Source: Limnochordales bacterium
Lineage (GTDB): Bacteria > Bacillota > Limnochordia > Limnochordales > DUMU01
Reading direction: 5' to 3'
DNA length: 64,000 nt
NCBI GenBank assembly: GCA_014896315.1
Contig: JADBKP010000005.1
Span: 149,140-213,139, forward strand
Shown: positions 10,194-19,741 of the stretch, in pieces
How positions within the stretch are numbered: the stretch's first letter is position 1
Layout of the letters: every line of letters starts with the position of its first letter
Notes under the pieces: model-generated
What the model was told of the DNA's origin: nothing
What the model saw: only the letters and a program-made list of their open reading frames with translations
Databases searched by the model: none
Translations under genes and position numbers: made by a program

Positions 10194-11612
10194 ATGGGCA
10201 ACGAAACGAAGAGCTCGCGGCCGCCCGGTTTTCAGACGCTGGATGACGCGCTGGTGCTCACGCGGGCGGAGATGATCGAAAACCACCGCAAGTTTGGCAA
10301 CCCCGGCCTGGTACAGCTCCTGGGACTGGCTGGGTACGATCAGCTTTTCGTGCGGGCGAGCGGGGTGGAGGTCTGGGACGCCGACGGTAACCGGTATCTC
10401 GATTTCCTCGGGGGCTACGGCGCGCTCAACGTCGGCCACAACCATCCCCGGGTGGTGGCCGCGCTGGACAAGGTAAAGGAGTATCCCAACCTGCTGCAGG
10501 CGGGGATCAGCCCCATAGTCTCCTCGCTTTTGCGCGACCTCGCCCTGCTTACCCCGGGAGAATTGCAGCATACTTTCCTCTGCAACAGTGGCGCCGAAGC
10601 CGTGGAAGGGGCGCTCAAACTGGCCCGGGCCGCTACCGGGCGTACCCGCATCATCTACTGCCAGGGCGGCTTCCACGGCAAAACCCTTGGCGCTCTTTCG
10701 GTTACCGGCCGCCCCCAGTACCAGAAGCCGTTCGAACCGCTTCTTCCCGGTTGCGAGGCCGTGCCCTTCGGCGATCTGGCGGCGCTGGAGCAGGCTTTCG
10801 GCCGCGGTGAGAAGCCGGCCGCCTTCATTGTTGAACCGATTCAGGGCGAGGGCGGGGTGATCATCCCGCCGGACGGGTACCTGCGGGGGGTACGGGAGCT
10901 TTGTAGCCGGCATGGCGTGGTCATGATTGTCGACGAAGTCCAGACCGGCTTTGGCCGCACCGGTACTCTCTTTGCCTGCCAGGCTGAGGATGTTGTCCCG
11001 GATGTGATGTGCCTCTCCAAGTCGCTGGGCGGGGGAGTAATGCCGATCGGCGCCTTCATCACCACCCCTGCGCTCTGGCAGAAGGCGTTTGGCGGGGTGG
11101 AGAAGTCGAGGCTCCACACGTCCACCTTTGGCGGCAACACCCGGGCGGCGGCCGCAGCGCTGGCGGCCCTGGAAGTCATCGTGGACGAGGATCTACCATC
11201 GCAGGCCCGGGAAAAGGGCGAGTACTTCCTCGGACGGCTCAGGCTGCTGCAACAGGAGTTCCCGCTCATCAAAGAGGTGCGGGGACGGGGGTTGCTCATT
11301 GGTATCGAGTTCCACAGTGAAACGGGGTTGCTGGGCAAGGTGACGGCCGGGGTGGCGGACAGGCTGGCCCAGGAGTACCTGGCCTCGCTGGTTTCGGCCC
11401 AGCTTTTCCGGCAGTATCGGGTGATCTGCGCCTACACCCTCAACAACCCGAATGTGATCCGGCTCGAACCGCCTTTAGTGGTGACGTACGAGCAGATCGA
11501 TTACGTGGTAGACTCCTTGCGAGAGGCACTCTCCACTTACCGGAACGCAGCCGGATTTGCCCTGGGAACGGCCAGGCAGGTGGTGAGCGGCTGGCTGAAG
11601 CGGGGGAAGTGA
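10194..11612 (+). CDS. Class III PLP aminotransferase (putrescine/ornithine aminotransferase-like)
   Basis: YLDFLGGYG, NSGAEAVE, EPIQGEGG, DEVQTGFGRTG, SKSLGGG; TLNNPNVIRLEPPL resembles PatA/PigE-type C-termini. Confidence 0.9.
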   Translation: MGNETKSSRPPGFQTLDDALVLTRAEMIENHRKFGNPGLVQLLGLAGYDQLFVRASGVEVWDADGNRYLDFLGGYGALNVGHNHPRVVAALDKVKEYPNLLQAGISPIVSSLLRDLALLTPGELQHTFLCNSGAEAVEGALKLARAATGRTRIIYCQGGFHGKTLGALSVTGRPQYQKPFEPLLPGCEAVPFGDLAALEQAFGRGEKPAAFIVEPIQGEGGVIIPPDGYLRGVRELCSRHGVVMIVDEVQTGFGRTGTLFACQAEDVVPDVMCLSKSLGGGVMPIGAFITTPALWQKAFGGVEKSRLHTSTFGGNTRAAAAALAALEVIVDEDLPSQAREKGEYFLGRLRLLQQEFPLIKEVRGRGLLIGIEFHSETGLLGKVTAGVADRLAQEYLASLVSAQLFRQYRVICAYTLNNPNVIRLEPPLVVTYEQIDYVVDSLREALSTYRNAAGFALGTARQVVSGWLKRGK

Positions 11613-12262
11613 CCGGTGTGGGAGCAGACAGAAGAGATCCGGGCGGGATCAGGATCCGCCGGGCGACAACTGCCGATATCCCGGCCTTGAACTTCCTCGA
11701 CATGACCGTCTTCTCGCCCGACTCCCTGGCGCTCGATTTCCGCAGCAATCAGACGGGACCGTCGGAGGTAGGGGGCTTTTGCCGCTGGTTTCGCGCGCGC
11801 AGCGGCCCTCCCTACCAGCGCCGCTATATCGACTGGGATTGGGGCGAGCTCGAGGATTTTCGTCGCCATCTGGATCAGGGCCTGGTCTGGGTGGCGCAGG
11901 CGATCGCTGCAGAGGAAGAGCCGCCGACTCCTCTGCCGCTGCTAGGCGTGGTGGAAGCAGCCGAACCTGTGGAGCGCACCTGGGGGCATGAGCCGGATGG
12001 ATCGGTCCTCGAACTGGTCAGCCTCTTTGTCGATCGCGGCCACCGGCGGCAGGGCGTGGGCCGGGCCCTGGTTGAGCAGGTGATCGCCGAAGCTCGCCGC
12101 CGCCGCAAAGAGCTCGTCATCACCCAAGCGGAAAGCGGGAATCTCGCCGCCATTCGTTTCTACCTCTCGCTTGGCTTTGTCTTGCAGGGGCTGGCCTTTC
12201 TCCGCCCCGAGGAGGGCAACCAGGGCGAAGCGGTTCTGCTTCTTGTCTATCACTTGAAGTAG
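11609..12262 (+). CDS. GNAT family N-acetyltransferase
   Basis: LFVDRGHRRQGVGRAL motif A, NLAAIRFYLSLGF motif B, GTGA coupling. Confidence 0.85.
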   Translation: MTGVGADRRDPGGIRIRRATTADIPALNFLDMTVFSPDSLALDFRSNQTGPSEVGGFCRWFRARSGPPYQRRYIDWDWGELEDFRRHLDQGLVWVAQAIAAEEEPPTPLPLLGVVEAAEPVERTWGHEPDGSVLELVSLFVDRGHRRQGVGRALVEQVIAEARRRRKELVITQAESGNLAAIRFYLSLGFVLQGLAFLRPEEGNQGEAVLLLVYHLK

Positions 12263-12303
12263 TGTGGACCGCAAAGCGTCGGACGGGGAGTGGAGGCGGC
12301 ACG

Positions 12304-13242
12304 TCACAGCAAGTAGCGCCGGATGTCGCAGCACTCCCCGCTATAGTACGGATCATCAATCCGGCTGATCTGGACAACCGGGCTGCCCCGTGCCGTGGCG
12401 TGGATGAACTCAAAGTGGGAAATCGCCATTCCCACATGACCATAGTCGCTGAAGAAGATCAGATCCCCGGGAACGAGGTCGGCTCGGGTGACGGGTCGGG
12501 TTTTTTCATACCGTCCCTGGTCACGGGCGTCCCGGGGCAGGAAGAGGCCGTGGAGGCGGTAGAGGAGCTGGACCAGACCGGAGCAGTCGATGCCAAACGG
12601 TGAGGTCCCGCCCCAGCGGTAGGGTATACCGACAAAACGGCGGGCGGTGCGTACCAGGCTGGCCCGCAGTTCAGCCACGGTCGACCAGGCCCATTCCCGG
12701 CCGTTCTCACTCAAATCTCCCATATGCATGAAACCCTGCCGGCCGTCGGGCAGAGTGACGGCCCACCACTCTCCAACCTGACCCGCTGGCTCGGAATGCA
12801 GGTACACTTTGACTCCGATGGGTAACGTCACGAGCAGCCGGCTTTTGATAGTCGGCGCCGCGTACACATTGCCGAAGAGATTGCTCACGACGGCATACGG
12901 AGTCTGATTGTCGGGGAGACCGGCTCCGCCCTGTCCATCCCCCTCGTCCGATGCCGGCTCGACCAGCCGCCCGGCGCCGGCCGGGATGTATCCGGGATAG
13001 CCATCGTAGTCGAGGGTTATGCGCCACCATCCCGCCGCCTCCGAGACCAGGCGGAAGGTTTCGCCCATCCGGGCCTGGGTGACCACTTCCGAATCCTCGG
13101 ATGGCTCAGCATGGAGCGATACGATGTTGGCTATGATGTAACCCTGCTTTCCCGCTTGATCCTGGCTCACGGTCCACTCCTCCGTCGCCCCGTCCACTTC
13201 GGGTTGACTCATTTGTTCCGATACCCGGCCGGCTTTCTGCAT
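12304..13242 (-). CDS. ykfC: SH3b + NlpC/P60 gamma-D-glutamyl-diamino acid endopeptidase (YkfC-like)
   Basis: Two SH3b-like repeats, PYRWGG...GIDCSG, LPRDA, GHVGM; downstream of the dipeptide epimerase. Confidence 0.85.
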   Translation of the reverse strand: MQKAGRVSEQMSQPEVDGATEEWTVSQDQAGKQGYIIANIVSLHAEPSEDSEVVTQARMGETFRLVSEAAGWWRITLDYDGYPGYIPAGAGRLVEPASDEGDGQGGAGLPDNQTPYAVVSNLFGNVYAAPTIKSRLLVTLPIGVKVYLHSEPAGQVGEWWAVTLPDGRQGFMHMGDLSENGREWAWSTVAELRASLVRTARRFVGIPYRWGGTSPFGIDCSGLVQLLYRLHGLFLPRDARDQGRYEKTRPVTRADLVPGDLIFFSDYGHVGMAISHFEFIHATARGSPVVQISRIDDPYYSGECCDIRRYLL

Positions 13243-14366
13243 CAGGCAGACGCTCCCAGCTCCGAATCGAGGTACTGCTTCAACTTCTCTTCATCCACTT
13301 TGAGACCGAGACCCGCCCCGGGGGCAAGGTACTGCCGCCCCGCTTCCAACTGAGCGCCCGTAGAGGGGGTGACGATGTCGTCGGCCAGATCGAAGTAGCC
13401 GTCCAGGTCAATGTAGTCAACGTTGGCCAGCCCCAAAGCCACGCTCAGCCCGGCGGTGATGCCAACCCGGCTCTCGATCATACAGCCGATCATCGCTTTC
13501 ATCCCTGCTGCTTCGGCCATGCGGACCAGAAAAGCGGCCTGAGTTGGCCCGCCGCATTTCATCAGCTTGATATTGACCATGTGGGCCGCCTGCCGCCGGA
13601 CGATCTCAAGCAGGTCGGCCGGGTCCTTGACCGCCTCGTCGGCAGCAATCAGAATCGGGCTGTGGCGCGTCACTTCCGCCAGTCCCTCCAGATTGGCGGC
13701 CGCGACGGGCTGTTCAAGGAACTCCACGGATACGTCAGCGTCGGCCAGCGCCTGCGTCAGGCGGATCGCCTCCTCAGGCGTATAGCCCTGGTTAGCATCG
13801 AGATAGAGCCTCCACCCGCAGCCAAGCTCCTGGCGTAAGGCTTTGATCCTTTGTATATCTGCCGCCGGGTCAAGCCCGATCTTGACCTTTATGTCTGTAA
13901 AGCCCCGGCGGAGGAGGCCGGCCGCTTCCGCCACCGTTTCCGGGGTACTCTTGATGCCGATACTGGCGCTGGCCTGGTGGTAGCTGCGGGCCGCACCGAG
14001 GAGCTCCCGGACCGAGAGTCCCAGGGCTCGCCCCCGCAGGTCCCATAAGGCGGAGTCCACGGCGCAGCGGGCGGAAGGGAGGGGCTTGAGCTCCCGCTCG
14101 AGGAGAAGCCGCAGGTCTTCCTGGTCAAAGGGGTCGCGACCCGTCAGGTTGGCCGGTAGCCAGGAGGTAAGTTTGCGGAAGACTTCGGCTCGATTCTCGC
14201 CTGTAACCTCCGCAACCGGCACCGCTTCTCCCCAGCCTTCGTGGCCATCGTCGGTTACAAGCCGTACCAGGATGGCAAGACAGGCGGTGCGGGTGGCGTA
14301 GGTGACCTGAAAAGGAGCCTTTTTGGGAATCTTGATGGGGTATACCGCAGTGCTGACTATCCGCAC
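13242..14366 (-). CDS. ykfB: L-Ala-D/L-Glu dipeptide epimerase (enolase superfamily)
   Basis: GWGEA, KVKIG, DANQG, EQP, ADE, NIKLMKCGG, GCMIES, DLD. Confidence 0.88.
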   Translation of the reverse strand: MRIVSTAVYPIKIPKKAPFQVTYATRTACLAILVRLVTDDGHEGWGEAVPVAEVTGENRAEVFRKLTSWLPANLTGRDPFDQEDLRLLLERELKPLPSARCAVDSALWDLRGRALGLSVRELLGAARSYHQASASIGIKSTPETVAEAAGLLRRGFTDIKVKIGLDPAADIQRIKALRQELGCGWRLYLDANQGYTPEEAIRLTQALADADVSVEFLEQPVAAANLEGLAEVTRHSPILIAADEAVKDPADLLEIVRRQAAHMVNIKLMKCGGPTQAAFLVRMAEAAGMKAMIGCMIESRVGITAGLSVALGLANVDYIDLDGYFDLADDIVTPSTGAQLEAGRQYLAPGAGLGLKVDEEKLKQYLDSELGASA

Positions 14367-14539
14367 TCACACATCACCGCCGTCCGCCGGGAGTGCCGCG
14401 GTGCATCACCGCCTGCCGTTCACAAGCACCACGAGGAAGTTCTACCGGACTTGTCAGGTATCCTGCCGGGCAAATACGGCCCGCCCGGTGGCCCGATACG
14501 GGTTACCTGCCGCGAGGTGCGCTGCGGAGCGGTGCAGAA

Positions 14540-14564
14540 AGGAAAGGCTGCCGGGATGAAGAAT
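14540..14564 (+). promoter_or_regulatory. SigmaH-like promoter
   Basis: AGGA-N17-GAAT upstream of the aldolase-domain gene. Confidence 0.45.
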
Positions 14565-14704
14565 ATATAGCGCAAGGTAGAGAAAATGCCGGTCAGGCCG
14601 GGTCTTCCGGGGCTTCCGGGTCCGGCCGGACCTCTTGTATTGCAGCGGCATAACCGTTAACCTGGAACGGAGCCTGCAGGAAAGTAAAACCGGTATACAC
14701 GGAG

Positions 14705-15892
14705 ATGACTTCGCTTGCTGGTAGAGTCAACCAGGAGGGATTCGGATTGAATTTTTGTTTCGTAGGTGAGATGGCTTCCGACGCGATGCAGCGCTTTGCT
14801 GCCGGATTGCGGGAAGTGATGCTCCGCCACGGCCACTCGTTCGTGCCGCAGCCGACCGACGACATTCAGCTGGTCTTTAACTTCACCGATGCCAGAAGAC
14901 CCCGTCCCTTCCGCCGCCGGGCGAAAGCCACGTTCGTCATCTCCGTGACGGAGGCTTCCGATAGGCAGGAGGTCGATGTCGCAAAGTCCTGGGCGCCGGG
15001 CGCGGGCGGTGCCGGCCCGGATATTCTGAAGCAGGCCTACCCCATCCTGATCCGGGCGGTATCTAACCTGCTGCTTTATCGTGTGTGGGAGCCGGGGGGG
15101 AGCTGCTGGCAAACCTACTTCGTCACCCTCGAGCAGGGGGCATTCCCCGTTCCGGCCGAGCTGCAGGAGGGGACGGAGGAGTTCTTTGAGTACGTGTACC
15201 GGCGGATCGAACCGTTGGCCACCTCGCAGCTGATCATTGACAATGAGTTCATTCCTGACCTCGAGCCGGAGCTGTGGGAAGGGGATGAACACACCGAGGA
15301 GATCTACTGGGCCGGCCAGCGCCTGGCCGCCATGGATCTTCTGCCGGCGCCCTTCCCGATCCAGGAGCTGCTCTCACCGACCGAGTACCGGCATGTGCAG
15401 CACCTCTACAACCTGGGCGGCTTGAGCTACGGCAACATGAGCGTTCGGCACGACGAGAAGCGTTTCTGGATGAGCGCGAGCGGCGTGGACAAGTCTAACA
15501 TGCGCAAAGTGGGCGAGGAGATCCTGATGGTCAAGGACTTCGACTCCGCCCGGGGGGTGATTCTGCTCAGCGTTCCCCCGCTTGTGGAAAAGCCGCGCCG
15601 CGTCTCCGTCGACGCCATCGAACACTGGATGATCTACCACGAGCATCCGAGCGTGGGAGCGATCCTGCACATCCATGCCTGGATTCCCGGGATTGAGGCG
15701 ACCGAGTTTAATTTCCCCTGCGGCACGCGCCAGCTCGCTATGGCCGTGGCTGAAAAGGTGCGCCAGGCGCCCGACCCCAGCCGTGCCATCGTTGGCCTCA
15801 AGAACCATGGAATGACCATAACCGGCCACAGCCTCCGGGAGATCTTCGAGCGGATCGAAGGCAAAGTGGTGCGGCAGGTGCCGATGTCTTAA
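14705..15892 (+). CDS. Class II aldolase/adducin-domain protein with uncharacterised N-terminal half
   Basis: GNMS, SASG, E-H-x2-IY, HIH and NHG metal ligands in the C-terminal half. Confidence 0.8.
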   Translation: MTSLAGRVNQEGFGLNFCFVGEMASDAMQRFAAGLREVMLRHGHSFVPQPTDDIQLVFNFTDARRPRPFRRRAKATFVISVTEASDRQEVDVAKSWAPGAGGAGPDILKQAYPILIRAVSNLLLYRVWEPGGSCWQTYFVTLEQGAFPVPAELQEGTEEFFEYVYRRIEPLATSQLIIDNEFIPDLEPELWEGDEHTEEIYWAGQRLAAMDLLPAPFPIQELLSPTEYRHVQHLYNLGGLSYGNMSVRHDEKRFWMSASGVDKSNMRKVGEEILMVKDFDSARGVILLSVPPLVEKPRRVSVDAIEHWMIYHEHPSVGAILHIHAWIPGIEATEFNFPCGTRQLAMAVAEKVRQAPDPSRAIVGLKNHGMTITGHSLREIFERIEGKVVRQVPMS

Positions 15893-17283
15893 TGCGGGCC
15901 GTTCGCTACCACCTCTCGCTGCTCCGGTACGGGCTGCAGCTGCTGCTCGGGCGCCGCTTTCCCGGCGTCTACTATCGCGCCCCCTTTGCTTGCGTTCGGG
16001 CGGAGGATATCCCGGCGCCGGCCTTGCCCGGGCCGGGGTGGGTGAGGATCAGGCCAATTCTGGCGGGGATCTGCGGCTCGGACATGGGCACCGTCATGGG
16101 CAAGAACAGCCCTGCCCTCAGTCCTTTTGTCTCCTTTCCGGCGGTGCTGGGGCATGAGCTCGTCGGCCGCATCACCGAGATCGCCGGGGAGGAGGCGGTC
16201 GGAGTGGCGGACCGTTTGCCGGTCGCGCCTGTCCGGGCGGCCTTGGGGGCCAACGGGGAGTTGCGGCCGGGCGACCGGGTGGTGGTCGATCCCGCCCTGG
16301 GTTGTGTGGCCCGGGGGCTTGCGCCATGCCCGGCCTGCCAGCGGGGCGAGGCGTATCTTTGCGAAAGAAACACCGAAGGGTCTTTTGCCCCCGGCTTGAT
16401 CCTCGGTTTCTGCCGTGACCTGCCGGGTAGCTGGGCGGAGGAGATGGTCGCCCCCGCTGCCCAGGTCTTTCGTGTTCCCGACGAGGTATCGGATGAGAAA
16501 GCTGTTCTGATTGAACCGTTTGCTGTCGCGCTTCGTGCCGTGCTGCGGGGCCTGCCCCGGTTTGATGGGCAAGCGGGCGAGAAAATTCTGATAATTGGCG
16601 GCGGCACGATCGGGCTTGCCACGCTGGCGGCGCTCCGGCTGCTTGAGCTGGAGATGAGGGTTTCTGCCGCGCCGGTTGCCGACATTACCGTCGTCGCCCG
16701 CCATCAGTTCCAGCAGCAGGTGGCGCTGCAGCTGGGAGCGAGCCGGGTCGTGCGCGGAGATAGCGACCTGGTGCGGGTAGCAGAGGAGCTGGGAGGTGCA
16801 CGGGCTTATCGGCCGGTGATCGGCCCTCCCGTTTACACGGGCGGGTTCGACCTGGTCTACGACTGCATCGGTTCACACCGGACCATAGATCAGTCGCTCC
16901 GGCTGACCCGCGGCGGCGGCCGCATCGTGCTGGTAGGCGCCGCCGGACAGCTACCCGGATTGGACTGGAGTTTCGTCTGGTCGCGGGAGCTTACTATCAT
17001 CGGCAGTGCCGGTTACGGGCGGGAGCACCGGCTGCCCCCGGCCCTGGCGACTCTGGCGGCGGCTGCCGCCCCGGACCAGGGTGCCGGCCCTGCCCAAGGC
17101 GTGGCCCCGGCGCCCCACACCTTCGCCCTTGCCCTGGAACTACTGCGCCGGCACCCGTCCTACCCCCTGGAGCGGCTCATTACCCACCGCTTCCCGCTCT
17201 CGGCCTGGCGGGAGGCCCTGGCGGTAAACGTCCGCCACGGCCCCCACCGTGCCATCAAGTCCGTCTTCACCTTCGACCGCTGA
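15892..17283 (+). CDS. Zinc-binding alcohol dehydrogenase (MDR family)
   Basis: GICGSD, GHE, four-Cys structural Zn loop, GGGTIG; TAATG coupling with the aldolase gene. Confidence 0.9.
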   Translation: MRAVRYHLSLLRYGLQLLLGRRFPGVYYRAPFACVRAEDIPAPALPGPGWVRIRPILAGICGSDMGTVMGKNSPALSPFVSFPAVLGHELVGRITEIAGEEAVGVADRLPVAPVRAALGANGELRPGDRVVVDPALGCVARGLAPCPACQRGEAYLCERNTEGSFAPGLILGFCRDLPGSWAEEMVAPAAQVFRVPDEVSDEKAVLIEPFAVALRAVLRGLPRFDGQAGEKILIIGGGTIGLATLAALRLLELEMRVSAAPVADITVVARHQFQQQVALQLGASRVVRGDSDLVRVAEELGGARAYRPVIGPPVYTGGFDLVYDCIGSHRTIDQSLRLTRGGGRIVLVGAAGQLPGLDWSFVWSRELTIIGSAGYGREHRLPPALATLAAAAAPDQGAGPAQGVAPAPHTFALALELLRRHPSYPLERLITHRFPLSAWREALAVNVRHGPHRAIKSVFTFDR

Positions 17284-17318
17284 CCGGACCGTAGCTGGCG
17301 TAACCGGAGCACTTCACC

Positions 17319-19112
17319 TCAGTTCATCCCCGGCAGCTTGATCGGTACGTACGTTCCCTTGATGAACTGGTAAACGAAATCGTAGTACAGCCGACGGGTC
17401 CCTATGTCCGAATGGGACGCCTCACCGAAATCCTTGTAGTTCTGGTAATACCCGATCACTGCCTCCTGCATGTAACGCTGCTCGACACCGGCGGCCAGGT
17501 AGTCGATCCACTTTTGCAGTTCATTCCAACCGCCGAGCCAGTGCTTCTCCATTTCAATCCCCATTCCGAGCGTACGAGCGATCCTGGCCGCAAGCTCAAG
17601 CCTCTCGCGCCCCACATCGGCGAACATGTAGTTGGGTTGCAGGATGGCGGCGTCGAACCCGTACTCCCACCAGTCGTAGGAGCCGGCCGCACCGTAGTAG
17701 GGAATCCAGATAAACTTGTATCCGGCCTGGTGTACCAGATCGGCCACCTGGCGCACCAGCTCGTCGTCGTTCGGGCTGTTCTGGAAGAGGATGGATTCCC
17801 GATGCCACCAGAAGCCAACCAGCTCCAGGTCGGGGTATTGCTTCTCCTGCCACCGGCGCAGGTATTCGTCAAGGAGCCACTTAACCGCCGCCACCCGGTT
17901 TTCCAGGGCCTTTTCCGGCCCGACTTTAGGATCGGACCAGGCGAAGCTTTCCGGAACCCCGTCACCGTCCAGGTCACCGAAAGCATTCTGGAAGGGTGAG
18001 GGGTAAACAAGGGTGAGGAAGACTTTGACCTTGTAGTCCGGATCGCCCAGAGCCTGTTTGGCCTGGTGCGCTGCCTCCTGGAGCGCATCCAGCTGATGGC
18101 CGGGCATGAACGTCTCATCAAGCAGCCACTGCCAGTCTTCCATATTAGCTGCTGCCCCCGGCTTGTCGCCCACCAGCCCGCGTCCTGAGGGGGTGCTGCC
18201 TTGCGGAGCGAGCAGGATCGAGTCGAACATCCAGTCCTGCGGCTTCCCGTCCTCGGAAAGGTAGGCGACGTAGGGCAGGTAGTCCCTGGCAGTCCAGCGA
18301 CCCAGGGTCTCGTTGGGGGGATAAGCGTAGGTGGCCAGGACGATGTGGCGCGCTCCGGCTGCGGCCGGGCTGCCAGCAGCGGCATACCCCGCCGGATGCT
18401 CCGGGCTCACCTCTTCCCGGGGCATGGGCACTGCCATCGGCACGTTGGCCACGGCACCGGCAGGGACGTAGGCCGCTTTCTCCTCCTCGCTCAGCGGAAC
18501 GCCGAAGACTTCCAGTTCATCCATAAACACCATCACGTCGACAGGAAACTCGATGGCCACATACCGGGCGGTGCTGGCCGCACGAGAGGCAGGTTCGGCA
18601 TCGAGTCCACGGAAGGAGAACTCCTCTACCTGCACCCGGGGATTCCACGGGCCGACCTGCGTGGCCTGCTCACCAGCGTGAACCCATTTCTGACCGTCCG
18701 CGGAGGTGTAGAGCGTGACCCGCCGTGGAACATACACCCCCACCGAACGGCTCTGCAGAAAGCGAGCCCTGACCTCTTTGATCACTGCCAGCTTTCCCAG
18801 GTCGACCTGGATGCGCCGGCCCGCCTGGCGCGTGAACACCTGCCAGCCGGGGTCGGAGTACTGTACGGATGCTTTCTTGCCGTCGGTCAGCTCTTTGCCT
18901 TCCGTATCCGGATATGCCTTCTGCATCTCGGTGAAGAGCGGGTCGGGCCAGTAAGCGCTGATCGTGTACGGCCGTCCCAGAGCCAGGTTGGTAGCGGTGG
19001 TCGCCACGGCATCTTTGGCCCGGGTACCAACTCCCATCGCCAACACGACAATCGCCGTGAAAACGGCTGCCGGGACTACAGCTCCGGCTGCCGGCAGCGG
19101 GAAACTCCGCAA
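17319..19112 (-). CDS. Secreted protein: N-terminal F5/8 (discoidin)-like domain plus DUF4855-like glycoside-hydrolase-like domain
   Basis: Signal peptide after TTG at 19112 (GGGAGG RBS), NLALGRPY...LTDG...VDLG, DWMFDS, GFWWHRE, WIPYY, QPNYMF, GIEME. Confidence 0.7.
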   Translation of the reverse strand: MRSFPLPAAGAVVPAAVFTAIVVLAMGVGTRAKDAVATTATNLALGRPYTISAYWPDPLFTEMQKAYPDTEGKELTDGKKASVQYSDPGWQVFTRQAGRRIQVDLGKLAVIKEVRARFLQSRSVGVYVPRRVTLYTSADGQKWVHAGEQATQVGPWNPRVQVEEFSFRGLDAEPASRAASTARYVAIEFPVDVMVFMDELEVFGVPLSEEEKAAYVPAGAVANVPMAVPMPREEVSPEHPAGYAAAGSPAAAGARHIVLATYAYPPNETLGRWTARDYLPYVAYLSEDGKPQDWMFDSILLAPQGSTPSGRGLVGDKPGAAANMEDWQWLLDETFMPGHQLDALQEAAHQAKQALGDPDYKVKVFLTLVYPSPFQNAFGDLDGDGVPESFAWSDPKVGPEKALENRVAAVKWLLDEYLRRWQEKQYPDLELVGFWWHRESILFQNSPNDDELVRQVADLVHQAGYKFIWIPYYGAAGSYDWWEYGFDAAILQPNYMFADVGRERLELAARIARTLGMGIEMEKHWLGGWNELQKWIDYLAAGVEQRYMQEAVIGYYQNYKDFGEASHSDIGTRRLYYDFVYQFIKGTYVPIKLPGMN

Positions 19113-19210
19113 AGCGGACACCTCCCGGAATGGACATAAGTTCTCAGACCTCTTCGGTTTGCTGGAGAGTTTCTCCTGCCGGCCGGCATTGAAAAAACGC
19201 ACGCGTGTTG

Positions 19211-19239
19211 TTGACTCCTGGCCGGCTGGATGATAAGGT
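19211..19239 (+). promoter_or_regulatory. SigmaA promoter of the T-box leader
   Basis: TTGACT-N17-TAAGGT with TG extended -10. Confidence 0.6.
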
Positions 19240-19257
19240 AAAGTCACAACTGAAGAG

Positions 19258-19662
19258 CGCACGATGAAGGGGACAAAAGGCTGACACGCCACGGATAGAG
19301 AGGGAGCGGCTGGTGGAAAGCTCCCCGTGGCCCAGCTGATAGCCGCCCCGGAGTGATCCCGTTGAACCCGGTCCCTGTCGCGAGGGGCGCAGGGGGCGTC
19401 TTTGGGCGGTCCACTGCCAGTGCCAGGGCAACCGGAAGTAGGCGGTGACGGCGCCGGCCGTTATCCTGGCACCGGTTGACTAGACGTCCCGAGGATTTGT
19501 CCGCTCGGCGGAAAAGGGCCGCCGGTCGACCGGGGTGAGTGATCGGCAGCGGCAGATAACCTAGTGCGCTGTTGCTGCCGGTAAGCAGAGTGGTACCACG
19601 GGGCAGAAAGACGTTCGCGCCTCGCCTCTGCGGGTGTATCCGCAGGCGGGGCGTTTTTATTT
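19258..19662 (+). ncRNA. T-box riboswitch, probable Ala (GCC) specifier
   Basis: Stem I with AGAGA and GGTGGAA; GCC at 19342-19344 followed by G then the closing CCCC; stem II GAA/AGTA; GCCGTTA; T-box AAGCAGAGTGGTACCACG at 19583-19600; terminator at 19618-19662. Confidence 0.88.
19618..19662 (+). terminator. T-box attenuator terminator
   Basis: CGCCTCGCCTCTGCGG / CCGCAGGCGGGGCG hairpin followed by TTTTTATTT. Confidence 0.85.
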
Positions 19663-19741
19663 CGGCAAACAGGCTCGTGGTTGTTGTGAACGCCAGGCAG
19701 CAGGCAACGGAGAGCCAAGGCACGGGAAGTAATGGGAGGAG

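Noticed and set aside
12304-14366. ykfC-ykfB with murQ, alr and glmMS as a novel system
   Set aside because: Established peptidoglycan recycling and synthesis genes, and not contiguous here.
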